DNA of 64,000 nt from Candidatus Saccharimonadales bacterium (GTDB taxonomy: Bacteria > Patescibacteriota > Saccharimonadia > Saccharimonadales > EFPC-124), in assembly GCA_035457485.1 (NCBI GenBank), contig DATIBO010000006.1, positions 370,659 through 434,658 on the forward strand. Direction: 5' to 3'. Below are positions 36,558 to 47,047 of this stretch, in pieces (within the stretch, counting starts at the first letter, position 1; each line of letters begins with the position of its first letter). The position numbers were made by a program, and so were the translations under genes. The notes under the pieces were generated by a model. The model made no database searches. It worked only from the letters and a program-made list of their open reading frames with translations, and was not told where the DNA came from.

Positions 36558-39368
36558 ATGTCAGGAAGTTTAACGGTTCGTGGCGCGCGCGAACATAACT
36601 TAAAAAATGTTAGTGTAAGTATTCCGCGCGATAAATTAGTTGTAATTACGGGCTTATCTGGATCAGGTAAGTCTAGCCTTGCTTTTGACACGATTTACGC
36701 CGAAGGGCAGCGGCGTTACGTCGAAAGTTTAAGCAGTTATGCCAGACAATTCTTGGGGCTAATGGAAAAACCTGATGTTGACCAAATTGACGGCTTAAGC
36801 CCGGCTATCAGCATTGACCAAAAATCCACAAGCCGAAACCCCCGCTCAACAGTTGCAACTGTTACCGAGATCTACGACTACTTGCGTTTATTGTTTGCGC
36901 GAATAGGCACCCCGCATTGTCCGGTTTGCGCCAAAGAGGTTACACGTCGCAGTCCGCAGCAAATTGTGGACGAAATTGTTGGAACCGTTGAGGGTGCGCG
37001 ATTAATTATTTTAGCTCCGATAATTGTGGATAAAAAAGGTGAGTTTGCTCACATCCCAGATCAGTATCAGCGAGCAGGCTTTGCGCGCGTTCGCGTGGAT
37101 GGAATTATTTATGCGCTCGATGAGTTTCCGACGCTAGATAAAAAGAAGAAGCACACAATCGAGATCGTGGTGGATCGAGTAGTTAATAATGCTGATAACA
37201 AGGGGCGAATTACTCAGTCCGTCGAGCAGTCACTCGAAGTTGCCGAGGGTGTGGTTAAAGTTTTAAATGCAGATGATGAAACTGAGCGAACTTACAGCGA
37301 GCGATATGCTTGTGTTGACCACCCAGAGGTTGAGATTCCGGAGCTCGCGCCGCGATTATTCAGCTTTAACTCGCCACATGGAGCTTGCCCGGTTTGCACT
37401 GGCTTGGGTAATAGGCTTGAAGTTGATCCCGATTTAATCTTAAATCCAAGTTTAACGATTGCCGAAGGTGCGATTCGCCCTTGGAACCGAATCAGGATCG
37501 ACACTTGGTATATGAAACAAGTTGCGGCAATGGCCGAAGCGAACGGTTTTTCGATCCAAGTTCCTGTGCGTGAATTAACCGTAGATCAGTTAAATAAAAT
37601 TCTATACGGAACAGGTAGTCAAAAATATAGGATTTCGCTCACGAGTGGTCGCAGCTTTGAGTCGACTTTTGAAGGAATTATTCCAAATCTCGAACGTCGT
37701 CATAAAGAAACCGAAAGTGAATTTATGCGTCGCGACATCGAGCGCTTTATGCGCGAGCGCAAATGTCACGCTTGCGGTGGCGCACGATTAAAACCCGAGG
37801 CTTTAGCCGTAACTGTGCAAAACCTAAACATAATGGATGTTTGTGGTTTAAGTGTGGCTGATGGCTTGGAACTTTTTGATAAGGGCCTAAAGTTTACCGA
37901 ACAAGAACTATTTATTGCTAAGCAAATTTTGCGAGAAGTTAGTTCCCGGTTAGGGTTTTTGAATGACGTTGGCCTAGGTTACATTGAACTTGCCCGCAGT
38001 GCCAACACTTTAAGCGGTGGTGAAGCGCAGAGAATCCGTTTGGCGACTCAGATTGGATCAGGACTGCAGGGTGTGCTTTACGTTTTGGACGAGCCATCAA
38101 TTGGTTTGCATCAGCGCGACAACGATCGATTAATCGCAACTCTTAAGCATTTGCGCGATTTAGGCAACTCGGTGATTGTGGTTGAACATGACGAAGACAC
38201 AATTCGTGCCGCCGACTATTTACTCGACATTGGCCCAGGTGCTGGTGTTCACGGTGGGCAAATCGTATCCGAAGGTACGCCGGCCGAGGTTGCTGCCGAC
38301 AAGAACAGCTTAACGGGCGCGTATTTAAGTGGTCGCGAAAAAATCGCAGTGCCAAAACGTCGCCGAATTAGCAATGGCAAAGAATTGGCTATTAAAGGTG
38401 CGCGCGAGCACAACTTAAAAAACATCGATGTTAAAATTCCGCTGGGTGTTTTAACAGTTGTTTCAGGCGTTTCAGGGTCTGGTAAATCTACATTAGTTAA
38501 TGACATTCTAGCTAAAGAACTTGCTCATCGCTTGCACCGGGCCAACGAAGTTGCTGGCAAGCATGACGCAATCGACGGAATTGAGAGTTTAGATAAAGTT
38601 ATTACTATTGACCAGTCGGCTATTGGTCGCACGCCGCGCAGTAACCCGGCAACCTACACCGGTGTATTTACGCCAATTCGCGAACTTTTTGCTAGCACGC
38701 CAGAGGCGAATATTCGTGGCTACAAATCGGGCCGCTTTAGTTTTAACGTAAAAGGCGGACGCTGCGAAAATTGCCAAGGTGATGGTGTAATTAAAATTGA
38801 AATGCACTTTTTGCCGGACGTCTACGTAACCTGCGAGGTCTGCAAGGGTAAACGCTATAACCGCGAGGCACTAGAAATCCATTTTAAAGGCAAAACTATT
38901 GCCGACGTACTCGAGATGACGGTAGAACAGGCGGCAGAATTTTTTGTTAACGTGCCTGTAATTGCTAAAAAAATGCAAACCTTAAACGAAGTGGGTTTGG
39001 GTTATATTAAACTGGGTCAACCGGCAACAACTTTAAGTGGTGGTGAGGCACAGCGTATTAAGCTTGCCAGTGAGCTGAGTCGCCGCGCAACCGGCCGGAC
39101 TTTATATATTTTAGATGAGCCAACAACTGGCCTACATAGTGCTGACGTTAAAAAGTTACTTCATGTGTTGCAGGCATTGGTAAACGCCGGCAACAGTATG
39201 GTGATTATTGAACACAACCTAGATGTCATTAAAAGCGCTGACAACGTGATCGACATGGGTCCAGAAGGCGGCGAGGGCGGTGGAACTGTAGTTGCTCAGG
39301 GCACGCCCGAAGACATTGCTAAAAACTCGAAATCTTACACCGGTAAATACCTTGCACCGTTGCTCTAG
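36558..39368 (+). CDS. uvrA: excinuclease ABC subunit A
   Basis: I trimmed the start to ATG 36558 ([17 protein letters not shown]), 9 nt after TATAAT, which looks leaderless. Contains [25 protein letters not shown] and LSGGEAQRI (twice), plus zinc-finger cysteines. Confidence 0.95.
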   Translation: MSGSLTVRGAREHNLKNVSVSIPRDKLVVITGLSGSGKSSLAFDTIYAEGQRRYVESLSSYARQFLGLMEKPDVDQIDGLSPAISIDQKSTSRNPRSTVATVTEIYDYLRLLFARIGTPHCPVCAKEVTRRSPQQIVDEIVGTVEGARLIILAPIIVDKKGEFAHIPDQYQRAGFARVRVDGIIYALDEFPTLDKKKKHTIEIVVDRVVNNADNKGRITQSVEQSLEVAEGVVKVLNADDETERTYSERYACVDHPEVEIPELAPRLFSFNSPHGACPVCTGLGNRLEVDPDLILNPSLTIAEGAIRPWNRIRIDTWYMKQVAAMAEANGFSIQVPVRELTVDQLNKILYGTGSQKYRISLTSGRSFESTFEGIIPNLERRHKETESEFMRRDIERFMRERKCHACGGARLKPEALAVTVQNLNIMDVCGLSVADGLELFDKGLKFTEQELFIAKQILREVSSRLGFLNDVGLGYIELARSANTLSGGEAQRIRLATQIGSGLQGVLYVLDEPSIGLHQRDNDRLIATLKHLRDLGNSVIVVEHDEDTIRAADYLLDIGPGAGVHGGQIVSEGTPAEVAADKNSLTGAYLSGREKIAVPKRRRISNGKELAIKGAREHNLKNIDVKIPLGVLTVVSGVSGSGKSTLVNDILAKELAHRLHRANEVAGKHDAIDGIESLDKVITIDQSAIGRTPRSNPATYTGVFTPIRELFASTPEANIRGYKSGRFSFNVKGGRCENCQGDGVIKIEMHFLPDVYVTCEVCKGKRYNREALEIHFKGKTIADVLEMTVEQAAEFFVNVPVIAKKMQTLNEVGLGYIKLGQPATTLSGGEAQRIKLASELSRRATGRTLYILDEPTTGLHSADVKKLLHVLQALVNAGNSMVIIEHNLDVIKSADNVIDMGPEGGEGGGTVVAQGTPEDIAKNSKSYTGKYLAPLL

Positions 39369-39386
39369 AGCCGTGTTATCTGGAAG

Positions 39387-39866
39387 CTAGCCAAGTAAAT
39401 AATCAACTTTCGTATTGGCGATCTTATCTACGAAATTTTGTAGGTCTAGATTGTTCATTTTAAGAAGCCCTGTAACATAAACCTTGCTAAGGTTATTTTC
39501 AATCGTCTGTCGCCACGCCAGAGGCACGTCAACGCTAAAATACGGCTTATTGGTGATAACTATTGGTTTTTTGTAATCGAACGCCAGTAAGATGCTCTCA
39601 GCCATTCTAAGATCGATTAGTCCGCCAATCTCGTTACTAACAACATGGAAAGAGCTATGTTTGATTGATTCAAATAGATCATTGATCATTTGCTCTTCGG
39701 TGATTTTTGCAGGGTCGTAAGTTAGGGTACTGTCTATTTTTAAATTAAGTCTGTTTTGGATTGGGAATTTTACATCAACGCCAACTAGCTTAAGGCGATC
39801 CTTAAGCCTGAATAACATTACTGTCGCCCCCCTATTTTGTCCGATTACTTGACTTGATTTGGGCAT
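39387..39866 (-). CDS. hypothetical protein, nucleoside 2-deoxyribosyltransferase-like fold; paralog of 41465..42013
   Basis: FHVVSNEIGGLIDLRMAESILLAFDYKKPIVI resembles the NDT-like motif (D/E-G-T..E.G.A.a.gKPv). It aligns with the other copy at LVGVDVKFP/AAGVDVRQP and KKPIVITNKP/NKPIMLLNEP. Confidence 0.55.
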   Translation of the reverse strand: MPKSSQVIGQNRGATVMLFRLKDRLKLVGVDVKFPIQNRLNLKIDSTLTYDPAKITEEQMINDLFESIKHSSFHVVSNEIGGLIDLRMAESILLAFDYKKPIVITNKPYFSVDVPLAWRQTIENNLSKVYVTGLLKMNNLDLQNFVDKIANTKVDYLLG

Positions 39867-39979
39867 GGAATTTCTTTGTTATACTGTATATACATATAAC
39901 ATACGCATATTATGTTTGTAAAGTTGCTATAAGGCGTGATTGGTATGCAAATAAGATGTAGTATAGAATTGGGGTTTAT

Positions 39980-40828
39980 ATGTCCGAGCTAGTCCATCCG
40001 AAAGATCTGCATGATTCTCCGTTCCATGTTCAAGAAGCCGCGTACACCAAGAATGCTGGGCGACTAAAGTATGACGCTGAGCGCGTAATTAAAAACACCA
40101 AGGTACCGAAGGGCGCAAAAATTCCAAAAATTTTAGGCTGGTCGGGACCAGCCAGGTCTGGTACAACTGCACTTTTATTTTTGATGGGCGGCCATGCGCA
40201 AGTTGACCGCTTGTATTTTCAGCCGCAAAAATCAATCATGCGCCAGGCTGATGTGAAGTTTGAGCTTTTTGAAACTGATAATTTTGTATGTATGAAAGAA
40301 GTTTTTGGTCAGTTTTATAGCGCTGAAAATTACGATCCAATTGATCTTCTGCTAAAAGCTGGCGTACCTGAGGCGAACATAGCGTGGATCTCATTATTAC
40401 GTGATCCCATGCAATGTATGGCTTCTTGGTACCATAAAGATCCACGAATTCTAAAGGCTGCGCAAGATCATACTTTGGACATTTATCAAAAATACCAAGG
40501 TCGAGTAAAAATGGTTCCGTTTGTATACGAGCTCTTGCGCGGCAACGAATTAAAAACAATTAAGGCTTTGTTGAGGGCTGTTGGTCTTGACGACGAAATC
40601 GACCTTAAGTTTAACATTAGAGAAATTGGCAAAAAGTTAGTGCCGTTTCAGGCAGGTGATGAATCGTTTTATAAAGTTCACGTTCAGGCGATTTTTGAAC
40701 GCGAGAATTTTACATTTGGCCAAAATAACTATTCCATGAATCCAGAAACAATACTGAAAGTTAAAAAAATCTGCCTACCTGCTTATGAGGATTTTTATAG
40801 GCACTCTAAAAAGGTACTGATGTTGTAA
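39980..40828 (+). CDS. sulfotransferase-like protein
   Basis: GWSGPARSGTTAL resembles the PAPS-binding 5'-PSB loop P(K/R)SGTT. This is weak evidence from a single motif. Confidence 0.45.
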   Translation: MSELVHPKDLHDSPFHVQEAAYTKNAGRLKYDAERVIKNTKVPKGAKIPKILGWSGPARSGTTALLFLMGGHAQVDRLYFQPQKSIMRQADVKFELFETDNFVCMKEVFGQFYSAENYDPIDLLLKAGVPEANIAWISLLRDPMQCMASWYHKDPRILKAAQDHTLDIYQKYQGRVKMVPFVYELLRGNELKTIKALLRAVGLDDEIDLKFNIREIGKKLVPFQAGDESFYKVHVQAIFERENFTFGQNNYSMNPETILKVKKICLPAYEDFYRHSKKVLML

Positions 40829-40895
40829 AGAGCTTGAGCTTGAAAAAATCGACCTAAGATGGTATTACTTAATAAAGTTATTTTAAGGAATTCCA

Positions 40896-41468
40896 ATGAT
40901 AGTTCATCTGATAGGCTCTCGTTATCAAGTTGATAAAAACATTAACCATTTGCGAATTTTAGTCGACGCGATCCATGATGGCGCGCATACGCTTGCTTGG
41001 GATTGGGTTGAACCAACTTTTGCAAACGTAAAGCGCGGCGGGAAAAACGAAATTGACTGGCACGCGGTCTACAAAGAATCTATGGAAGCAATCAACAAGG
41101 CTGACGTTATTATCGCCGATGCGACCATTCGTGGGTTTGGAATTGGCTATCAGGTTGCCGTTGCGGTTCAAATGAAAAAACCGGTTTTGGTTTTGCGCCA
41201 CGAAGAAATTGACGATTCGCTGTTTGCTAGCGGCATTGATACGGGGGTTTCTTATAAATCTTTTAAATCTGCGGCCAACCTCAAAAATATAATCAAAGAA
41301 TTTCTAGAAGAAAACGACATCAAGTTAAAAGACATGCGCTTCAACTTCTTTATCGATCGTCCGATTTACAACTATTTGCGCTGGGCATCCTTTAAAACTG
41401 GTAAAACCAAGGCCGAAATCCTACGTGATTTAGTTAGTAAAGAGATCGAAAAACAAACCCTAAACTAA
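40896..41468 (+). CDS. NDT-like domain fused to a C-terminal ribbon-helix-helix (CopG-like) domain
   Basis: The NDT-like part is INKADVIIADATIRGFGIGYQVAVAVQMKKPVLVL. The RHH-like C-terminus is MRFNFFIDRPIYNYLRWASFKTGKTKAEILRDLVSKEI. Confidence 0.55.
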   Translation: MIVHLIGSRYQVDKNINHLRILVDAIHDGAHTLAWDWVEPTFANVKRGGKNEIDWHAVYKESMEAINKADVIIADATIRGFGIGYQVAVAVQMKKPVLVLRHEEIDDSLFASGIDTGVSYKSFKSAANLKNIIKEFLEENDIKLKDMRFNFFIDRPIYNYLRWASFKTGKTKAEILRDLVSKEIEKQTLN

Positions 41469-42013
41469 AGCAAATCGCTTATATTCTTTTGCGAAATCAC
41501 GCGAACTAATGTCTTTTGTGCTGCGTTCAAATTGTATGCAGGCGTGGTTCTCCGGGCTTTTAAGAAAGTTCTTAAGATGGTTGGCGTAGTATGCTTGCGT
41601 GGGTCAAAAATTATAAACTTATCTTGGCATTCTCTTAAGATTTGCTTAATGTCTGGCGCAACAGTGTTTGCGTACCGAGGCTCATTAAGTAGCATGATAG
41701 GTTTGTTTTTGCGTATCGCATAAAGCATACCTTTTGCTGTATTTTCGCCTATGTGACCTTTTGCCGTACCTAATTCGTTGCAAACAAAGTGCAGGTCGCA
41801 GGTTGCTATCGATCTTAAAAAGTCTAGTTCAACTTGCTTTAGGGTTGCTGCGAGCGGGTGAAACCCATAGCTCTTGCCATCGTCGCCGATTACGAAGTTA
41901 TCGCCCATTGGTTGGCGCACGTCAACTCCGGCCGCCACCAGTTTGTTCTTTACCTCGAAAAGGGCGTGATTCTCGGGCCGGTAAGGGCCACCTAATTGTG
42001 TATTTATGTCCAT
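41465..42013 (-). CDS. hypothetical protein, NDT-like fold; paralog of 39387..39866
   Basis: Contains LHFVCNELGTAKGHIGENTAKGMLYAIRKNKPIMLL. It overlaps the stop of 40896..41468 by 4 nt in convergent orientation. Confidence 0.55.
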   Translation of the reverse strand: MDINTQLGGPYRPENHALFEVKNKLVAAGVDVRQPMGDNFVIGDDGKSYGFHPLAATLKQVELDFLRSIATCDLHFVCNELGTAKGHIGENTAKGMLYAIRKNKPIMLLNEPRYANTVAPDIKQILRECQDKFIIFDPRKHTTPTILRTFLKARRTTPAYNLNAAQKTLVRVISQKNISDLL

Positions 42014-42123
42014 TTTAAAAATCCGTTTATGACTGGAATACTTACAGGCACAAAGTTTTTTATACCACGAGCTGGGGAACTAAAAAAAGTCTTGATTTTT
42101 GAGGATAAATAAGTTTAACCAAC

Positions 42124-42789
42124 TTAGTTATCTGTTTTACTTGATTTTATTTTCAATTTTTTTAGTAAAATTTCGCGACTGTCTTTGTCTTTTAAAATGT
42201 GATAAATAGGCGAAGCGACTGTAACTAAGACAGCTAATGCGATTATTGGCAAGACTAATGCGTCAACGTTAATACCTTTGGAATCTAAAAAAGCACCGCC
42301 ATAAAAACCGAACAAGGTTAAACTGGTCGTCCAAAGTGCACCGCCAATTACGTTATATGTTAAAAATGTTGAGTATTTCATTTGGGCGATGCCGGCAACG
42401 GTTGGGGCAAAAGTTCTAACCAGCGGTGTAAAGCGAGCTAGAATAATCGTAATTGGACCGTATTTTTCGTAAAATTTTTCGGCTCGCTCTAGGTTTTTGT
42501 GGCTAAAAAATAACGAATCAGGCTTTTTGAAAAGTCTGCGACCAAAGCGATATCCAATAGAATATCCTACGCTATCGCCAATTACTGCCGCAAAAAACAG
42601 AATACTGATTAAACCGACCAAGTTTATTTGAACGACGCCTTGCGATGCTAAAAATCCAACTGTAAAAAGCAACGTGTCGCCTGGCAAGAAAAATCCAATC
42701 AAAAGTCCGGACTCGGCAAAAATTATTGCGGCGATTCCAAGAACGCCGATCGTGCGTAAAATTTCTTCAATGTCTAAATCATGCAACAT
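42124..42789 (-). CDS. dedA: DedA family (SNARE-associated) membrane protein
   Basis: Contains ESGLLIGFFLPGDTLLF and ARFTPLVRTFAPTVAG. Confidence 0.9.
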   Translation of the reverse strand: MLHDLDIEEILRTIGVLGIAAIIFAESGLLIGFFLPGDTLLFTVGFLASQGVVQINLVGLISILFFAAVIGDSVGYSIGYRFGRRLFKKPDSLFFSHKNLERAEKFYEKYGPITIILARFTPLVRTFAPTVAGIAQMKYSTFLTYNVIGGALWTTSLTLFGFYGGAFLDSKGINVDALVLPIIALAVLVTVASPIYHILKDKDSREILLKKLKIKSSKTDN

Positions 42790-42848
42790 GAGTTTATTCT
42801 AACATGCTATACTTTATAGGTAAGCAATTTGGTGGAGAAGGACGGAAT

Positions 42849-43529
42849 ATGGGTGAAAAAGTAGTTCTTGAAGTTAAACAGCGGAAACTTGTAGGTAAGA
42901 AAGTTTCTAAATTGCGAAAAGAAGGCTTAGTGCCTGGTGTTATTTATGGCGAACATCTTAAATCTAAAGCCGTTGAAGCTAGTTACATTGATGTTCAAAA
43001 AGTTTGGCGAGTTGCTGGCCGTCGACAGCCGATTGAAGTAAGCGTTGACGGTGCAAAGCACTTGGCGATGATTAAGTCTGCTGATATTGATCCTGTTAAG
43101 CATAGGATTCGCCATTTGGGTATTCACGTAGTTAATAAAAATGAAAAGGTCGAGACCGAGGTTCCTGTCAAGATCAAACTTGATGAAGGTAACGAAACTA
43201 CTCCCGCCGAGCGAGCCGGCTTAGTGGTCCTGACTGCACTCGAGAAAGTTGAGATTGAAGCGCTACCGAATGATTTACCTGAAGCAATTTATGTTAATGG
43301 TGAAGTTTTGGCAGAAGAAGGCCAGCATGTTTCAGTTAGTGATTTAATTGTTCCAAAGGGTGTCAAGGTTTTAACCGACCCAGAGATTGTGATTGCTACG
43401 GTTTATGAACCGAGTGCGATTGCTGCTCAAAACGAAGAAACTGCCGGCGCGGGCGAAAGTCCTGCTGAAGTCGAATCCGAGAACGGTTCGGCTGAGCCGG
43501 AGGCTGAATCTAAAAAAGAAGAAAAGTAA
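42849..43529 (+). CDS. rplY: 50S ribosomal protein L25 / general stress protein Ctc
   Basis: Start placed at the ATG after GGAGAAGGA. Contains LRKEGLVPGVIYG and an acidic C-terminal tail. Confidence 0.9.
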   Translation: MGEKVVLEVKQRKLVGKKVSKLRKEGLVPGVIYGEHLKSKAVEASYIDVQKVWRVAGRRQPIEVSVDGAKHLAMIKSADIDPVKHRIRHLGIHVVNKNEKVETEVPVKIKLDEGNETTPAERAGLVVLTALEKVEIEALPNDLPEAIYVNGEVLAEEGQHVSVSDLIVPKGVKVLTDPEIVIATVYEPSAIAAQNEETAGAGESPAEVESENGSAEPEAESKKEEK

Positions 43530-43536
43530 ACAAAGA

Positions 43537-43566
43537 AATCACCTCATAAAACTGGGGTGATTTTTT
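43537..43566 (+). terminator. rplY intrinsic terminator
   Basis: AATCACC...GGTGATT followed by a T-run. Confidence 0.6.
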
Positions 43567-43588
43567 GTTTGGATAAATTTGGATGGGT

Positions 43589-43612
43589 GGCGACTGTGGA
43601 GGAACAGTCGCC
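43589..43612 (-). terminator. GC-rich hairpin 3' of cassette J
   Basis: GGCGACTG pairs with CAGTCGCC, about 20 nt from the rplY terminator. Confidence 0.55.
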
Positions 43613-43681
43613 GCACCACCTCTCATCTTGCTTGTCTTGCTCGTTCTTGTTACGGCTCAGGCCGCCGGCGCCGCGTGGGCG

Positions 43682-44119
43682 TCAGGGCTTGATGTTCACG
43701 CAGATCTTGCCGATCTCCGTGCCGTACGACATGAACTGGAAGCACGCGCTGCCGGTCCGGGCCTTGCCGCTGATCGACGACCACCAGTGGCGGTAGCCCC
43801 AGGTGCGACCGTAGCCGCGGTAGGTGATCGCGCTCAGGTAGGCGGTGCCGTTGGTGTCGTAGAACGTCGTGCGCTCGGTCGGGTACTCCACGAAGAGCCC
43901 GTGCCAGCTGCCGCTGGTGCTGTTGACCTGCAGCCCGCTCCCGCTGACCGAGATGCAGTACTGGCCGGTGGGCACGGTGTAGCCCTGGATCCGGATCGAG
44001 CTGGTCAGCGCGCAGCGGGTGACGTCGGCGTGGGCCGGCGCAGCAGCGACGACCGACAGACCGATCATCAGACCGATCGCGGTCATCAGGACGCCGAAGC
44101 GTCGGAACATCGTCCTCAT
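43682..44119 (-). CDS. G+C-rich cassette J: secreted Cys-containing beta-rich protein (~145 aa precursor)
   Basis: Start at the ATG after GAAGGG (MRTMFRRFGVLMTAIGLMIGLSVVAAAPAHA|DV), a classic signal peptide with an AHA cleavage site. The mature part has 4 Cys. Confidence 0.7.
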   Translation of the reverse strand: MRTMFRRFGVLMTAIGLMIGLSVVAAAPAHADVTRCALTSSIRIQGYTVPTGQYCISVSGSGLQVNSTSGSWHGLFVEYPTERTTFYDTNGTAYLSAITYRGYGRTWGYRHWWSSISGKARTGSACFQFMSYGTEIGKICVNIKP

Positions 44120-44189
44120 AGCGGTTAACCCTTCAGACGGCGCAATTTGCGCAGATGGGTGGTGCATGCCGCAGGTAGCGGCTCGAACT

Positions 44190-44219
44190 ATTTTAAACTT
44201 ATTCTGTTAAATAAGTCAA
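44190..44219 (-). promoter_or_regulatory. sigma70-like promoter of cassette J
   Basis: On the minus strand: TTGACT, 17/18-nt spacer, TTAAAAT, starting 3 nt after the ABC exporter stop. The UTR carries the hairpin GCGCAAATTGCGC. Confidence 0.5.
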
Positions 44220-44221
44220 CT

Positions 44222-45988
44222 TTATTCTTCTATAAACCCACCTGATTGATGCGCCCAGAGATTAGCATAAACGCCTTTTTGTTCGATTAGCTTTTTGTGG
44301 CTGCCTTGTTCTACGATCTTTCCGTTGTCCAAAACTATGATCCTATCCATTTTTTGTACAGTGCTTAACCGGTGAGCAATCACAATTGCTGTTCGATCAT
44401 TCATTAACTTCCAAAGTGCATCCTGGATCAAGACCTCGCTTTCGCTGTCCAGTGCGCTGGTCGCTTCGTCTAGAACTAAAATAGGCGCATCTTTTAACAT
44501 TGCGCGTGCAATTGCTATTCGTTGACGCTGTCCGCCGCTTAATTTAACTCCGCGTTCCCCAACTAAAGTGTCGTAGCCGTCCTTTAGTCCTTCTATGAAC
44601 TCATGAGCATTAGCTCGGCGGGCAGCCTTTTCGATATCTGCTTTAGATGCGCTAGGTCTGCCGTAAGCAATGTTCTCGCGGATAGAGCGATGGAACAACA
44701 AAGGCTCCTGTGGTACATATGCAATTTGCGACCTAAGATCATCTTGTGTGATTTTAGCGATATTTTGTCCATCGATTAAAATTTCGCCGCCATTAACATC
44801 TGCAAAACGTAAAAGCAAGCGAGTTAAGCTGGTTTTACCAGATCCACTGTGACCAACCAAGCCGATTTTTTCGCCTGGTTCAATCTGTAAGTTTAAATCA
44901 TCGAATAATTTGTCTGATCCTTCGTGGTTAAAATCAACGTTGTTTATGCTGATTTTACCTTTAGTTACTTTTAGTTTTTCTGGCGCTTCCAAGTCTTCAA
45001 CTTCGGGTTTTTGGTCTAAAATTTTAATCATCGCTTCACTGTCGCCAAAAGCACGGTTGTAGTTTCGCATGCCGGTATGGCAAAAGTCCCACAAGTTTCT
45101 GATTACAATACCAGTAAAGTTTAAAACCAAAAATACGGTTGCAATTTGCGCATCAAATAAAGCCACGCTTAATATTGCCGCTAAAAAGGCCACAATGTTA
45201 AGTGTTGAGGTTATTGTGCTAAAAAATGCATCACGCTTAATTACCGCGCTCATCACATCCATTGTCGAATTCAGGCTGTCTTCGGCTGCGGCAGCGTAAC
45301 GTTTGATTTCTTTTTGGCTAGAGGCAAAGCTTTTAACGGCCATTATGTTGGTTATTGCATCGGCTAGAAATCCGGTTTGCTTATTTTGTTTTTTTGCCTC
45401 TATGCTGGTTAGTTTACGCACATTTTTTGTTAAAAATATACAGGCATACACGAAGATAACTGAAAAAACAAAGAGCGCTAAAACGTAAACTGGTACAACC
45501 GGCAGTAAGAATATTGCCGTAAAAACAATACTCAACACCAGCTGGCCGACGGTGAAAAGCGTGGTGTCGGTAAAACGCACGTATGATCCTGCCAGTTTTC
45601 CAACCTGGCTTACAAGCGAACCACCAAAATTATTTGCGTGAAAGTTGGCACTCATTTTTATTAAGTGATTAAAAACCTCTATGTTGATATCGCGCAAAAC
45701 CTTAGCTTCTAAGCGCCAAATTAAAGCAATAACCACTCGCCAGGCAACAACTCCACCTAATACACTCACAATTGCGTACAAAATTATGCTTGAGCCAAAA
45801 CTTCCCCAAAGATTGTTAGCGTCAAATTGACCCGTGCTTAAACGATCAAGCGCGCCGGCTGCAATTAATGAAGGGAAAAACTGCAACGAAATTGTTACAG
45901 GCATTGCAATTAAAAGCGCGATCACGAACTTGGGATATTTCCATGCATGGCGCCAAAAATATTTAATAGTGCTTTGTGTTGTGTCCAT
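44222..45988 (-). CDS. ABC exporter, fused permease-ATPase (MsbA/type I exporter-like)
   Basis: Contains GHSGSGKTSL, LSGGQRQRIAIARA and LVLDEATSALD, with six N-terminal TM helices. I prefer the ATG at 45988 after GAGG over the track's TTG at 46012. Confidence 0.9.
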   Translation of the reverse strand: MDTTQSTIKYFWRHAWKYPKFVIALLIAMPVTISLQFFPSLIAAGALDRLSTGQFDANNLWGSFGSSIILYAIVSVLGGVVAWRVVIALIWRLEAKVLRDINIEVFNHLIKMSANFHANNFGGSLVSQVGKLAGSYVRFTDTTLFTVGQLVLSIVFTAIFLLPVVPVYVLALFVFSVIFVYACIFLTKNVRKLTSIEAKKQNKQTGFLADAITNIMAVKSFASSQKEIKRYAAAAEDSLNSTMDVMSAVIKRDAFFSTITSTLNIVAFLAAILSVALFDAQIATVFLVLNFTGIVIRNLWDFCHTGMRNYNRAFGDSEAMIKILDQKPEVEDLEAPEKLKVTKGKISINNVDFNHEGSDKLFDDLNLQIEPGEKIGLVGHSGSGKTSLTRLLLRFADVNGGEILIDGQNIAKITQDDLRSQIAYVPQEPLLFHRSIRENIAYGRPSASKADIEKAARRANAHEFIEGLKDGYDTLVGERGVKLSGGQRQRIAIARAMLKDAPILVLDEATSALDSESEVLIQDALWKLMNDRTAIVIAHRLSTVQKMDRIIVLDNGKIVEQGSHKKLIEQKGVYANLWAHQSGGFIEE

Positions 45989-46132
45989 TTTTTGCCTCGT
46001 TAAAAATACCAAAATTGGTTTATTTTTGTGTTAAAAATGCGTGACTAAGTTCTTCCGTTTCGAAGGACGATCTAACGACCAGAGGACATTCCACCTAAAA
46101 TGTCGTAATCCATCAATTATAATGTATAATAT

Positions 46133-47047
46133 ATGTCGATGCAAAAAGTTTTACTTTATTACAAATTTGCGCCCCTCTCTGATCCGCAGGCAGTAATGTT
46201 TTGGCAGCGGGCTTTATGTGAACGCCTCAACCTAAAAGGTCGTATTTTGATTTCTAAACATGGGATCAACGGCACTGTCGGCGGCGAAATTGATGATCTA
46301 AAAGCCTATATTAAAGAAACCAAAGCTTTTACAGGCTTCAAAGGCACTGTGTTTAAATGGTCCGACGGCGGTAGAGAAGACTTTCCACGCTTAAGCGTTA
46401 AAGTTCGCGACGAAATTGTAACTTTTGGAGCTCCAGACGAGCTTAAAGTCGACGAGAAAGGTGTAGTGGGTGGCGGCAAGCACTTAAAGCCCGAGCAAGT
46501 TCACGAACTTATTAAAGAACGTGGCGATGAAGTAGTGTTTTTTGACGGTCGCAATGCATATGAAGCTGCAGTTGGTAAATTTAAAAACGCAGTGGTGCCC
46601 GACACTCGCACCACTCGCGACTTTTTAAACGATCTGGAAAGCGACAAATATAACGACATCAAAGATAAGCCGGTAGTAACCTACTGTACGGGTGGTATAC
46701 GATGTGAGGTTTTGAGCTCGCTAATGAAAAACCGTGGGTTTAAAGAGGTTTATCAAATCGACGGCGGGATTGCAAAGTACGGCGAGACTTTCAAGGATGA
46801 GGGCCTGTGGGAAGGTAGTATGTACGTTTTTGATAAGCGTATGGGTATAAAGTTTAGCGACAAAGCTAAGGATATTGGTGTTTGCATACATTGCCAAGGT
46901 AAAACCAGTAACTATGAAAACTGTGCTTATATGCCGTGTAACAACTTAGTTTTGATTTGCGAAGACTGTAAAACTTCAGATTTAACCTGCTCGCAAGAAT
47001 GCGCTAAAAGTTTAAACGCCGTACAACAAAACGTGCAATCCGCATAA
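46133..47047 (+). CDS. trhO: rhodanese-domain tRNA uridine(34) hydroxylase (UPF0176/YceA)
   Basis: Rhodanese active-site loop CTGGIRCE and a C-terminal Cys cluster. Confidence 0.85.
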   Translation: MSMQKVLLYYKFAPLSDPQAVMFWQRALCERLNLKGRILISKHGINGTVGGEIDDLKAYIKETKAFTGFKGTVFKWSDGGREDFPRLSVKVRDEIVTFGAPDELKVDEKGVVGGGKHLKPEQVHELIKERGDEVVFFDGRNAYEAAVGKFKNAVVPDTRTTRDFLNDLESDKYNDIKDKPVVTYCTGGIRCEVLSSLMKNRGFKEVYQIDGGIAKYGETFKDEGLWEGSMYVFDKRMGIKFSDKAKDIGVCIHCQGKTSNYENCAYMPCNNLVLICEDCKTSDLTCSQECAKSLNAVQQNVQSA

